From Candidatus Pacearchaeota archaeon (GTDB lineage: Archaea; Nanobdellota; Nanobdellia; Pacearchaeales; GW2011-AR1), in contig NZBT01000006.1 in NCBI GenBank assembly GCA_002688015.1, forward strand, positions 915 through 64,914: 64,000 bases of DNA, read 5' to 3'. The notes beneath the pieces were generated by a model that was not told the DNA's origin, did not search any database, and was given only the letters and a program-made list of their open reading frames with translations. Of this stretch, positions 17,933 through 27,516 are shown piece by piece. The translations under genes and the position numbers were made by a program. The first letter of the stretch is position 1. The number at the start of each line of letters is the position of its first letter.

Positions 17933-19363
17933 ATGGTAAATAAGAAAGATGAGAAAGGAATAAGTGTAGAGAAAAGTAAAGATATTAGTGAATGGTATAC
18001 TCAGGTTTTGCAGAAGGCAGAGTTGGCAGATTATGCTCCTATAAAAGGATTTATGATTATTAGGCCAAGAGCATATTATATATGGGAGAAGATTCAAAAA
18101 GAGTTTGATAAGGTTTTGGAGAGATTGAAAGTTAAGAATACTTATTTTCCTTTGTTGATTCCTGAAAATTTCTTCAAAAAAGAAGCAGAGCATGCAGAAG
18201 GATTTGCTCCCGAATTAGCATATATTGAAGGTAAGGAAGAAGGGGAAAGACTTGCTTTAAGGCCTACAAGTGAAACAATAATGTATGATTCTTATTCTAA
18301 ATGGATAAGAAGTTGGAGAGATTTACCATTGAAGTTGAATCAGTGGGCGAACGTTATAAGATGGGAAGTTAAACAGACAAAACCATTTTTGAGGACGCGG
18401 GAGTTTTTATGGCAGGAAGGACATTGTGTATTTGAGACAGAAAAAGAGGCTAGGGAAGATATGGAGAAAATGGCTTTAGAATATCAAAAGCTTGTTGAAG
18501 GATTGTTAGCAGTTCCTCTAATAGTGGGTAAGAAATCTGAGGCGGAAAGATTTCCAGGAGCTAGGGAAACTATGACTATTGAAGCGTTTATGCCTGATGG
18601 AAAAGCATTACAGTGTGGAACAAGCCATAATTTGGGACAAGGATTTGCGAAGAGTTTTGATGTTAAGTTTTTAGATAAGAATGAGAAAGAAAGTTATGGA
18701 TGGCAAACTTCTTGGGGTTTCTCTACGAGACTGATTGGAGCGATGATTATGCAACATGGAGATGATAAGGGATTAGTTTTACCTCCAGCTGTAGCAAGAG
18801 AAAAAGTAGTTATTGTTCCTATATTATTTGAAGATAGTAGAGAAAAGGTTTTGAATAAAGCAAAAGAGATTGAGAAAAGTTTGAAGAAGTGGAATGCGAA
18901 GGTAGATGATAGAGAAGAGTATAAACCAGGATTTAAGTTTTCAGAACATGAGATGAATGGAGTACCTATTAGAATTGAAATAGGACCTAAAGATTTAGAG
19001 AAGAAGACTGTTGTTCTTGTAAGAAGAGATACTGGAGATAAAGAACTTGTGAAAATGTCTGGAATAGAAAAGAGAGTTGAGAAAGTTTTAGAGGAGATTC
19101 AGGAGAGTTTGTTAGAAAAAGCAAAGAAATTTTTGGAAGGAAGTATTTCAGAAGCAAAGGATATGGATGAATTAAAGAAAGAGTTGAATAAAAAGAAAAT
19201 TGTTAAAGTCTATATGAAAGATGACAAAGAAGTAGAGGGGAACGTAAAAGATCAGACTGAAGGAGCAACTTCAAGAATTATTGAGGAGACAAAGAAAGAA
19301 GGGGAATGTATTGTTTCTGGAGAGAAAGTTAATACTGTAGCTTATATTGCTAAGGCATATTAA
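17933..19363 (+). CDS. proS: Prolyl-tRNA synthetase, archaeal/eukaryal type
   Basis: RPTSET, PFLRTREFLWQEGH, QTSWGFSTR, terminal AY. Start 17933 fits the TATA spacing (17927 is an alternative). Confidence 0.98.
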   Translation: MVNKKDEKGISVEKSKDISEWYTQVLQKAELADYAPIKGFMIIRPRAYYIWEKIQKEFDKVLERLKVKNTYFPLLIPENFFKKEAEHAEGFAPELAYIEGKEEGERLALRPTSETIMYDSYSKWIRSWRDLPLKLNQWANVIRWEVKQTKPFLRTREFLWQEGHCVFETEKEAREDMEKMALEYQKLVEGLLAVPLIVGKKSEAERFPGARETMTIEAFMPDGKALQCGTSHNLGQGFAKSFDVKFLDKNEKESYGWQTSWGFSTRLIGAMIMQHGDDKGLVLPPAVAREKVVIVPILFEDSREKVLNKAKEIEKSLKKWNAKVDDREEYKPGFKFSEHEMNGVPIRIEIGPKDLEKKTVVLVRRDTGDKELVKMSGIEKRVEKVLEEIQESLLEKAKKFLEGSISEAKDMDELKKELNKKKIVKVYMKDDKEVEGNVKDQTEGATSRIIEETKKEGECIVSGEKVNTVAYIAKAY

Positions 19364-19364
19364 A

Positions 19365-20654
19365 ATGACAGAATTAAATTTTAGTGCTGGAGATGAAGTA
19401 AAACTTAGGCTTGCACATAGAGAGATAGAAGGAAGAGTTTTGGAAACAGGAGAGAAAGATATTATTTTGCTTAAGTTAAAGAGCGGATATAACATTGGGA
19501 TTAAGAAGGAAAATATTTTGGGATCTAGAATTGTAAAGAAGTATCAAGAAGGTATGGAGAATTTTGAGATGCCTGCTACTAATAAGAAGAAGAAAAATGT
19601 TGGTTTAATTGTTACTGGAGGAACAATTGCTGCAAAACTTGATTCTAAAACAGGAGGAGTACATTGGCTTACTGATGTGGGAGAGTTTAGTAAGTTTTAT
19701 CCTGAGATTTTTAATATTGCCAATGTTAAAAAGATTGAAGTACCATTTATGAAAGCTTCAGAGAGTATGGATTCTGATGACTGGAAGAAAATAGCTAAGA
19801 CATGTGAAAAGATGTTAGATGATCCTGAGATTTCGGGAGTGATTATTACACATGGAACTGACTTTTTAGGATATACGGCGGCAGCATTGAGTTTCATGTT
19901 GCGTGATTTGGGGAAACCTGTTGTTTTAACATATAGCCAGAGAAGTATAGACAGAGCAAGTTCGGATGCTTCGATGAATCTTATGTGTTCTGCTCATATG
20001 GCTTGTTCAGAAGCTGCTGAAGTTATGCTTGTGGGGCATGGAAGCACGAGCGATGATTATTGTTATGCAATGCAAGGAAGTAAGGTAAGAAAGATGCATT
20101 CGTCTAGGAGAGATGCATTTAAGGCAATTAATACAGAACCTATTGCTAAAATCTGGAGCGATGGAAAGATAGAGTTTTTGAAAGAATATAGGAAAAGAGA
20201 TGATTCTAGAAAGGTAATCTTGGATGCAGAGTTTGAAGATAAAGTTGCATTATTAAAATTTTATCCGGGGCAAGAGCCAGAAATATTGGATTATTATGCT
20301 TTGAAGTTCAAAGGGCTTGTAATTGAGGTTTCTGGATTAGGACATTTACCTGTTTCGGAGACAGGAGATAGGAATTGGATTCCCAGATTAAAGAAACATA
20401 TTAAGTCTGGATTGATAGTATGTGCTGCTGCTCAGACGATTTATGGGCGTTTGGATCCCAAGGTTTATTCAAATGGTAGAGAATTGGAAGATGCAGGAGT
20501 TATATTTTTAGAAGACATGTTGCCAGAGACAGCGCTTGTTAAGCTTGGATGGGTTTTGGGACATAAAGCGTTTAAGGGAAATGTTCGCGAGAAGATGTTA
20601 CAAAATTTTTCCGGAGAATTGAATAGTAAAATTGGATTGGAAGGGTTTGATTAA
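19365..20654 (+). CDS. gatD: Glu-tRNA(Gln) amidotransferase subunit D
   Basis: N-terminal KLKSGYNIG domain; TGGT, HGTD, SQRSIDR, KMHSSRRDAF. ATG just after the proS stop. Confidence 0.97.
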   Translation: MTELNFSAGDEVKLRLAHREIEGRVLETGEKDIILLKLKSGYNIGIKKENILGSRIVKKYQEGMENFEMPATNKKKKNVGLIVTGGTIAAKLDSKTGGVHWLTDVGEFSKFYPEIFNIANVKKIEVPFMKASESMDSDDWKKIAKTCEKMLDDPEISGVIITHGTDFLGYTAAALSFMLRDLGKPVVLTYSQRSIDRASSDASMNLMCSAHMACSEAAEVMLVGHGSTSDDYCYAMQGSKVRKMHSSRRDAFKAINTEPIAKIWSDGKIEFLKEYRKRDDSRKVILDAEFEDKVALLKFYPGQEPEILDYYALKFKGLVIEVSGLGHLPVSETGDRNWIPRLKKHIKSGLIVCAAAQTIYGRLDPKVYSNGRELEDAGVIFLEDMLPETALVKLGWVLGHKAFKGNVREKMLQNFSGELNSKIGLEGFD

Positions 20655-21098
20655 TTATTTTTTCTTTGAGATATGACGTTCTATTCTATCTAATTGTTTT
20701 TGAATTTCTTCTATTTCTTTTTCTGCTTTTCTGTTTACGGCATAGTCATATTCAGAACGGATTCTATCTTTTTGAGATTCTCTGTTTTGAGACATAAGAA
20801 TAATTGGAGCTTGTATTGCTGCAAGAGTGGAGAGAACGAGATTTAGTAAGATGTATGGAAAAGGATCAAAGGGTATACCACTCAGTGCCTTTGCTAAATA
20901 ATATCCGTTTAACCATATCCATGCAATCATTAGGATTATAAATATTAAAATAAAGGTCCATGAGCCCATCCATTTTGTTAAAGAGTCTGATGCTTTTTGA
21001 CTGAATGTTAATTTTGGATTTAACAATGGATGAGAATCTTGTTTTATTTTCTTAGCTATTCTTTCTTTTAGTTCCTTGGCATCCTCTTTTTTAGGCAT
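20655..21098 (-). CDS. DUF1003 family membrane protein
   Basis: GSWTFI, FDPFPYILLNLVLS..AAIQAPIILMSQNR. Confidence 0.93.
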   Translation of the reverse strand: MPKKEDAKELKERIAKKIKQDSHPLLNPKLTFSQKASDSLTKWMGSWTFILIFIILMIAWIWLNGYYLAKALSGIPFDPFPYILLNLVLSTLAAIQAPIILMSQNRESQKDRIRSEYDYAVNRKAEKEIEEIQKQLDRIERHISKKK

Positions 21099-21136
21099 AG
21101 ATAGAAGAGGAATAGTTGATTTTTATATGTTTAGAT

Positions 21137-21502
21137 TTATGCAAGAGAAGGTGTAGAAGAATTTGGATAAATGAATCTTATGGCCCTCTTTCCTAATAAG
21201 TATCCGGCTCCAGCTCCGATTAGTGCTCCTATTAATTCTCCTGAATGATAAGTAATCATTGCTGCTCCTAAACAATTTAGAGAAGTTTCTTCTATCCCAT
21301 GGATTTTTTCTAAGGTCCTTCTTAATGGCTCATTATATTCTATTGCTGTTTCTGCTCCTATATTAAGTCCTGTAAATATCCCAGCTATTGTAAATGATGT
21401 TTTCCAGAAAAGTTGTTCTAATCTTGAGATTTTTCCTGCTGTGATTTTTCCCTCTTTTTTAATGGAATTTGTGTTCTTTTGAAGGAGAAGATAGTTATAA
21501 GT
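21137..21502 (-). pseudogene. Start-less open frame encoding a glycine-zipper membrane protein (pseudogene or non-canonical start)
   Basis: 121 sense codons; FWKTSFTIAGIFTGLNIG and GELIGALIGAGAGYLLG. No ATG/GTG/TTG until the last ~40 codons. Confidence 0.6.
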
Positions 21503-21589
21503 TTATATGTTCAGAATTGTATATTTATGTTGTTATTTTAAAGAGGTTACATTAGAAAGGTTTTTAAAGGATTTTTGGGGATAAATTGC

Positions 21590-22513
21590 ATGGAACAAAG
21601 AGAATTAATGAATTATATAGAGGCTATGAAAGAGACATCACATATCATAGGATCTAAGGAAGTCGATCATTTAGTTGTACCTATGTTAGGTTCTGTTCCC
21701 TTTATTGATACTATGACCATAGTTGATGATGATTTTGATCCTACTAAGGCTGTTTATATGCCTGCTTCAAGTAGAATTGAAGATGTAAATAGTGTTATTA
21801 GAGAATGGTATATTAATTTCTTGGATGATGTTGTGGACATAGATTCTCAGAATTTTCCAGTTATTATGGGATCTGATGAGGTGGTTAGCGGGGCATCTGT
21901 TATGAGATGTTTTTATAATATTGATTTAGCTACTCAAGGCAAAAGAAAAAGAATAAGACAAGATCTTATGTCTAGATTACATACTCCTGATCCAGAAGTT
22001 TCTATTGACGCAATGGATAAAATTGATATGCTTTCAAATAATCAGCATTCTCATGACATTGGTATAATGAGAGATAGAGTATCTAGAGGAGTTTATAAAA
22101 TCGATAAAGATATTGCAAGACAAGACTCAAAATTTATGGTAAATTTAATTAGAAAAGCTCTTGATGGTAAACTAATCTATCAATCTGTTGGTGTGGAAGA
22201 TGCGAAAGGAAAAGTTACGAAAGAGTATAATACAATGAAGGAAGAAGGTAGAGTTATTCCTGTTCCTGTTGATAAAATAATTACTATGGACCAACCTTGG
22301 TTATGCCCTCCAAGATTTAGAACAGTGCCAGGGGCTAAAGATGGAGATTATGCCATTTATACACCTGAAGTATATGACTTTAAGGTTACTCCTTCGTATG
22401 TGGAGTTTTTGTCTGCTGTAGCTAGAGTTGTAGGAAAAGATCCTGCGAAAATTGCACCTGTTAATATGCAAGCAATATTAGATTCTAACAAATATCTGAA
22501 TAGAGAGATCTAA
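21590..22513 (+). CDS. Hypothetical protein with type I PRTase-like motifs
   Basis: LVVPMLGSVPF and IMGSDEVVSGAS resemble the PPi and PRPP loops. TATA spacing gives start 21590. Confidence 0.6.
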   Translation: MEQRELMNYIEAMKETSHIIGSKEVDHLVVPMLGSVPFIDTMTIVDDDFDPTKAVYMPASSRIEDVNSVIREWYINFLDDVVDIDSQNFPVIMGSDEVVSGASVMRCFYNIDLATQGKRKRIRQDLMSRLHTPDPEVSIDAMDKIDMLSNNQHSHDIGIMRDRVSRGVYKIDKDIARQDSKFMVNLIRKALDGKLIYQSVGVEDAKGKVTKEYNTMKEEGRVIPVPVDKIITMDQPWLCPPRFRTVPGAKDGDYAIYTPEVYDFKVTPSYVEFLSAVARVVGKDPAKIAPVNMQAILDSNKYLNREI

Positions 22514-22553
22514 TTAAGACAAAGTTTAATAATTCTAATTTTATTGTTTCTAT

Positions 22554-24008
22554 ATGGAAGAAATTGATTATTCGAAGATTGGGTTGAAAGCTGGACTGGA
22601 GATACATCAACAGCTTGATACTGGGAAATTGTTTTCGAGAACGCCGAGTCTTTTGAGGAGCGATAAGCCGGATTATGTTGTTTCTAGAAGATTGCACGCA
22701 GTTGCTGGAGAAGAAGGAGAAATTGATTCTGCAGTTGAACATGAAGCTGCATTGGATAAGGAATTTATTTATGAAGGATATGATGATACAATTTCACTTG
22801 TAGAGTTGGATGAATCGCCTCCGCAGTCTTTGGATCAAGATGCTTTGGAAGAGACAATTAAAATTGCTTTGTTATTGAATTGTGAAATTTATCCTGTTAG
22901 TCAGATAATGAGAAAAACTGTTATTGATGGGAGTAATACTTCCGGATTCCAGAGGACAGTGTTAATAGGACACGATGGATTTGTGGAGACAAGCTTAGGG
23001 AAAGTTGGTATAGAAAGTGTAGCTTTGGAAGAAGATGCTGCAAGAATCATAAGTAAAGATGGGAAGGAAACAAGATATAGACTTGATAGATTGGGAATTC
23101 CATTAGTTGAAGTTGCTACATTTCCAGATTTGAAGAATGCAGAGCATGTTAAAGAGACGGCTTTGAAATTGGGGGAAATTCTTAGGGCAGGGAAAGCTAA
23201 GAGAGGAATAGGAACAATAAGACAAGATGTCAATATTTCTATAAAGGGACATGATAGAGTTGAGATAAAAGGATTTCAAGATCCTAAGATGATGATTAAG
23301 ACTGTCAATTTAGAGATAGAGAGACAGCAGAAAGATTTGAAGGAAAAGAAGAAAGAAGGAGGAGTTAGGAATGCATTGAGTGATGGAATTACGGAATTTT
23401 TAAGACCCATTCCTGGAAGAGCTAGAATGTATCCTGAAACGGATCTAGAACTGTTAAGGATTGGGAGGCATGATATTAATGATGCGAAGAGAAATTTGCC
23501 TAAGTTGAAATCAGAGAAGAGAAATGAATTGAAGAAATTTGGCTTATCTGAAGAATTGATGAATTTGATTTTGGCAGATGGGGAAATGAGTGAAGAGTTT
23601 AATATTTTAATGAAAGTTTATGATGGGAATGCAGATCTTGTTGGGAAGATGGTTAGTTTATGGAGAAATGAACTAACGAAGAAAAGTGGGAAAAAGGTAG
23701 AAGAAGTTAAGCAGGTTTTAGGGGAAAGGGAGTTAGAAAAGATTTTGGAAGCTGTGAAATCAAGGGATTTGGAGGAGGGGGAAGTTAAGAGAGTGATGGG
23801 TGATGTTTTGTCTGGGATTGAGATTGAAGAAGCGATAAAGATAGAGAAAGTAGATGATAATGAATTGGAAGAGAAGATTAGAAAATTAATAAAGGAAAAG
23901 CCGGGACTTAGAGAGAATGCATACATGGGCTTGGTAATGAAGGAAATGAAGGGAAAGATTGATTCTAAGAAGGCGATGGAATTGGTGAAGAAAGTTTTGG
24001 AAGAATAA
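22554..24008 (+). CDS. gatE: Glu-tRNA(Gln) amidotransferase subunit E, short form
   Basis: GLKAGLEIHQQL, MRKTVIDGSNTSGFQRT, RLDRLGIPLVE, RGIGTIRQDVNIS, RMYPETD. Confidence 0.97.
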   Translation: MEEIDYSKIGLKAGLEIHQQLDTGKLFSRTPSLLRSDKPDYVVSRRLHAVAGEEGEIDSAVEHEAALDKEFIYEGYDDTISLVELDESPPQSLDQDALEETIKIALLLNCEIYPVSQIMRKTVIDGSNTSGFQRTVLIGHDGFVETSLGKVGIESVALEEDAARIISKDGKETRYRLDRLGIPLVEVATFPDLKNAEHVKETALKLGEILRAGKAKRGIGTIRQDVNISIKGHDRVEIKGFQDPKMMIKTVNLEIERQQKDLKEKKKEGGVRNALSDGITEFLRPIPGRARMYPETDLELLRIGRHDINDAKRNLPKLKSEKRNELKKFGLSEELMNLILADGEMSEEFNILMKVYDGNADLVGKMVSLWRNELTKKSGKKVEEVKQVLGERELEKILEAVKSRDLEEGEVKRVMGDVLSGIEIEEAIKIEKVDDNELEEKIRKLIKEKPGLRENAYMGLVMKEMKGKIDSKKAMELVKKVLEE

Positions 24009-24009
24009 T

Positions 24010-24390
24010 ATGGACAATGATGAAGGAATTTCAGATGATTTTGTTAGGATAAGATTTCCTCATAATATTACTGTTAGTAGAGAGGCTTTTATTTTGTCAG
24101 CTCAGTTTTTTAGAGATCGGTTTTCTCAAAGGGCTGGGAGAGAGGTTCCGTTAGATGATATTGACCTTTCCGTTTCTAAAGGAGATATTGTGAGAGGGAG
24201 CACGGTTTTTAGAGCAAGATTGGAAGATCCTTTGCCCCCTCATCTTTGTTATTCTAGAGATCAAGATGGAGTTGCTTTTGATGCCTTGATTGATTTCCTT
24301 AGAGATTATAGAAAAGGAGCTTTGGCTGAGAATGAGGAAAACTTAATCGATTATGTTGTTGAAGGTTTGGATAAGGTTCGTTGGAGTTAA
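24010..24390 (+). CDS. Hypothetical protein
   Basis: 126-aa ORF starting 1 nt after the gatE stop. Confidence 0.7.
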   Translation: MDNDEGISDDFVRIRFPHNITVSREAFILSAQFFRDRFSQRAGREVPLDDIDLSVSKGDIVRGSTVFRARLEDPLPPHLCYSRDQDGVAFDALIDFLRDYRKGALAENEENLIDYVVEGLDKVRWS

Positions 24391-24428
24391 TTGGAAAGAT
24401 ATTAAAATAGCGTTTTTCTAGAAGAAAC

Positions 24429-25742
24429 ATGGATTTAATGAAATTACAGAAGGAGAGAAAGAGAATTTCTGAATTAAGTGAGAAGGATGATGGGAAATCT
24501 GTGACGATTTATGGATGGCTTTATGATCTTCGTGATTTAGGAAAATTGAGGTTTGTTTTGATAAGAGATGTTTCTGGAGAGATACAAGTTACAGGTTTTA
24601 AGGATAAGACTGACAAGAAAGTTTATGAGGTTATGGGAAAGACAAATAGGGAAAGCGCAGTTGTTATTAAAGGGAAAGTTAAGAAAAGTGACAAGGCTCC
24701 TGGGGGAAGAGAAATTATTCCTGAAAGTTTCGAAGTTTTAGCGGAGGCAGATGATCCTTTACCTTTGGATGTTTCTGATTTTTCAAAGACTGAGCTGCCG
24801 AAAAGAATTGATTATAGATTTTTAGATTTACATAGGAGAAAGGTACAGGCAATATTTAAGATTCAAGGGACTTTATTGCAAGCATTTAGAGAATATATGA
24901 TTGATTCAGGAGGGACTGAAGGAGTTTTCCCAAGTATTATTTCAAGTAGCAGTGAGGGAGGAACTGAACTTTACCCCTTAAAGTATTTTGAGAAAAATGC
25001 TTTCTTAAGTCAGAGTTGTCAATTGTATAAGCAAATGGTTGCTTGTAGTATGGAAAAAGCATTCGCAGTATTTACAGTTTGGAGAGCGGAGAAGCATAAT
25101 ACTGTTAGACATTTGAATGAGTCGAGGCAGTATGATTTTGAGATGGCCTTTGCAGATGAGTTTGTTGTTATGGATGAGCTTGCTAAAGTTGTTCGGTATA
25201 TGGTTTCAGAAGTGTTGAAGAAGAATGAAGAAGAATTGAATTTATTAGAAGTAAAATTGAAGGTTCCTAAGACCAAGTATTTGACCTTTGCTGAAGTAGA
25301 AAAATTGATGAAGAAAGAGAAAGTTGGTATGGGGAAACATGATCTTTCTGGAGAAGCGGAAAAGAAATTGGGAGAGCTGTTCCCAGACATGATTGTTTTT
25401 GTTCATGATTGGCCACTTGCCGGAAAGCCATTTTATATTATGCCTAAGCCTGGGAAGAAAGGCGAGGAACTTAGCGCAGGGTTTGATGCGATATACAGGG
25501 GAATGGAAATTACTTCTGGAGGACAGAGAGTTCATATTCCAGAGCTTTTGGAAGAGAGATTGAAAGCGAATGGTTTGAAGCCTAAAGATTTCAAGAGTTA
25601 TATTGATTCATTTAGATATGGGGCTCCTCCTCACGCAGGATGGGGGATGGGTGTTGAAAGATTGACTATGACTATTCTTGGATTGCAAAATATAAGGGAA
25701 GCTGTTCTATTTCCTAGAGATAGGGAAAGATTGACTCCTTAA
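24429..25742 (+). CDS. aspS: Aspartyl-tRNA synthetase, archaeal type, probably non-discriminating
   Basis: OB-fold N-terminus with KAPGG (Pro typical of ND enzymes), WRAEKHNTVRHLNE, EITSGGQR, GAPPHAGWGMGVER, FPRD. Confidence 0.97.
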   Translation: MDLMKLQKERKRISELSEKDDGKSVTIYGWLYDLRDLGKLRFVLIRDVSGEIQVTGFKDKTDKKVYEVMGKTNRESAVVIKGKVKKSDKAPGGREIIPESFEVLAEADDPLPLDVSDFSKTELPKRIDYRFLDLHRRKVQAIFKIQGTLLQAFREYMIDSGGTEGVFPSIISSSSEGGTELYPLKYFEKNAFLSQSCQLYKQMVACSMEKAFAVFTVWRAEKHNTVRHLNESRQYDFEMAFADEFVVMDELAKVVRYMVSEVLKKNEEELNLLEVKLKVPKTKYLTFAEVEKLMKKEKVGMGKHDLSGEAEKKLGELFPDMIVFVHDWPLAGKPFYIMPKPGKKGEELSAGFDAIYRGMEITSGGQRVHIPELLEERLKANGLKPKDFKSYIDSFRYGAPPHAGWGMGVERLTMTILGLQNIREAVLFPRDRERLTP

Positions 25743-25803
25743 GAAAGTTTATATACATGTTTCCTTTTTAGTTTAGGTCTCCTAGCATGACTAGGCAGAA
25801 TAA

Positions 25804-26199
25804 ATGATTGATAGTATAGACACACAGGAAGAATACAGACCAAAGGCAAAAGTATTTTACGTTGTTACTTCTAGGGCTGAACTTGAGAATTGGGCTTCGA
25901 ATAATACTTCTCTTGATGGTGATGAAATAAAGCAAATTGGAAATTATGAATTAACAAAAGATCATTTGGATTTAGTTTCTGACAATAATCAAGATGCAGG
26001 AATTGTAAGTTTTGTTTATGGTATGACTCCTTATCATTTGGATAAATTTAGAAGGTTTATTCCAACGGAAAAGGGAATGAGGGAGTTAGTTGAATTTGAT
26101 AGAAAATGGTTAGGACAAGCAGAAAGGTTTGATCATGTTGAAAATGATGCTGAATTTTTAAGAGAACATTATTTGGAAGCAATAGCTAGTTCTGCGTAG
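25804..26199 (+). CDS. Hypothetical protein, possibly interrupted by an in-frame TAG (frame continues to 26319)
   Basis: 131-aa ORF with 39 more sense codons after the TAG. Confidence 0.65.
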   Translation: MIDSIDTQEEYRPKAKVFYVVTSRAELENWASNNTSLDGDEIKQIGNYELTKDHLDLVSDNNQDAGIVSFVYGMTPYHLDKFRRFIPTEKGMRELVEFDRKWLGQAERFDHVENDAEFLREHYLEAIASSA

Positions 26200-26357
26200 G
26201 CAAGAACTTATTGGATTTTAGCTAATAGAGATAGGGCAGGAGAGCTTTGGACTTTCGGAGAAGATTCTATAAGTCCTCAGTTTGGGGAAGAACATTCGCT
26301 TGCTGGAGCAAGTTTGTGATTGAATAGTTTTATAAGATAAATTGTTCTTTATGTTTT

Positions 26358-27158
26358 ATGAAAGTTCTTGCTATTGGTGATCCCCATGGAGATCTTGGAA
26401 AGATAAGGAAGGTTATGAAGAGAGTTGAAAAAGTTGATATTCTTCTTCTTACTGGAGATTTAGGAAAAGCAGATTTAATGAGGAAGATGGCCTTTACAAA
26501 TATTGAAAGAAGAAAGAAAGGGTTGGAAGAGAAGGAGTTTTCTTCTAAAGAAAAGAAGAAGGCATTTATGGAAGCTTATGACTCTTCTTTGGCTGTTGTT
26601 AGGTTTCTGTCAAGGGTTGCTCCTGTTTATACTATTTTTGGAAATGTTGAGTCTAGGAATTCAGAGACGAGAGAAATGGCTAAAGAAATTGGATTGAAAC
26701 TTCCCTTTCTTACAGATGCTTTGAATAAGATAAAAGGAGTTAGAGTTATTAATAATAGGGCAGTCAAAGTTAAGGGTGTTCGAATTGGCGGTTTGGATTA
26801 TTTTATAGATGATGTTTGGGTGAGAACATTTAAGCCTGATGATTATAATGACCGATTGCAAAGTGCTAGGAAGCAGACTGTTAGAGCGAGAAAGATTCTT
26901 AAGAAGTTTGGGAATGTTGACATTTTGATTTGTCATCAGCCTCCTTATGGAGTTTTGGATAAAGTTACATTTAAGCAGGCGCCGAAGCATTGGAGGGGAA
27001 AGAGGGCTGGGAGTAAGGTTATTTTGGACTTTGTAAGGAAAGGAAAGGCAAAGTATGTATTTTGTGGACATATTCATGAAGGGGAAGGAAAGAAGAAAAT
27101 TGGAAAGACAGAAGTTTATAATTTAGGTGTTGTAGGACATAAAGTAGTTGAATTTTAG
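26358..27158 (+). CDS. Calcineurin-like metallophosphoesterase
   Basis: GDPHG, TGD, FGNVE (His replaced), HQPP, CGHIHE. Confidence 0.92.
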   Translation: MKVLAIGDPHGDLGKIRKVMKRVEKVDILLLTGDLGKADLMRKMAFTNIERRKKGLEEKEFSSKEKKKAFMEAYDSSLAVVRFLSRVAPVYTIFGNVESRNSETREMAKEIGLKLPFLTDALNKIKGVRVINNRAVKVKGVRIGGLDYFIDDVWVRTFKPDDYNDRLQSARKQTVRARKILKKFGNVDILICHQPPYGVLDKVTFKQAPKHWRGKRAGSKVILDFVRKGKAKYVFCGHIHEGEGKKKIGKTEVYNLGVVGHKVVEF

Positions 27159-27198
27159 GATTGAATAGTTTTATAAATGAATTCTTTCTGTTTTTAAT

Positions 27199-27270
27199 AT
27201 GGCAAGTGATAAAGAGATTAGGAAAATCTCTAATAAACCATTTTCAAGAAAAGGAAGAAAAAATGGTTGA
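27199..27270 (+). CDS. Putative 23-aa leader ORF MASDKEIRKISNKPFSRKGRKNG overlapping the gatC start
   Basis: ATG exactly 21 nt after TATA tttataaa (27170-27177); 8-nt overlap with gatC. Confidence 0.45.
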   Translation: MASDKEIRKISNKPFSRKGRKNG

Positions 27271-27502
27271 TAAAGATACAGAGAAGGTTAGAGAGGAAGC
27301 AAGAGCTTTACTTGAAAATTTTGCGAAAAAGCTTGAGAAAGTTGATTTAGGGAAAGAGAAGGAAGAGAAAGATATGAAAGAATCTGGTTTTCGTGAAGAG
27401 GGAGAAGGAAAGGAAGCAAACGAAGATTTTAAAAAGAGATTTCTAGATAATGCTCCTAATGTTAAAGGGGGAAAGATTGTAGCTGAGAAGAAGAGTTGGT
27501 AA
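27263..27502 (+). CDS. gatC: Probable amidotransferase subunit C, archaeal type
   Basis: 79 aa; EEARALLENFAKKL..FREE..FKKRFLDNAP..G.IVAEK..W; near gatA. Confidence 0.75.
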   Translation: MVDKDTEKVREEARALLENFAKKLEKVDLGKEKEEKDMKESGFREEGEGKEANEDFKKRFLDNAPNVKGGKIVAEKKSW

Positions 27503-27516
27503 GAAGGAAAGAAAAA

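Noticed and set aside
17828..18193. Minus-strand 121-aa ORF and the many other antisense ORFs inside long genes
   Set aside because: They overlap a tRNA or well-supported genes, have the Phe/Ser/Leu-rich composition of antisense shadows, and show no motifs.
26197..26199. Genome-wide TAG recoding or pyrrolysine
   Set aside because: TAG ends conserved genes at expected positions (nac, minD, SIMPL, wHTH); aRF1 motifs are canonical; no pyl genes seen.
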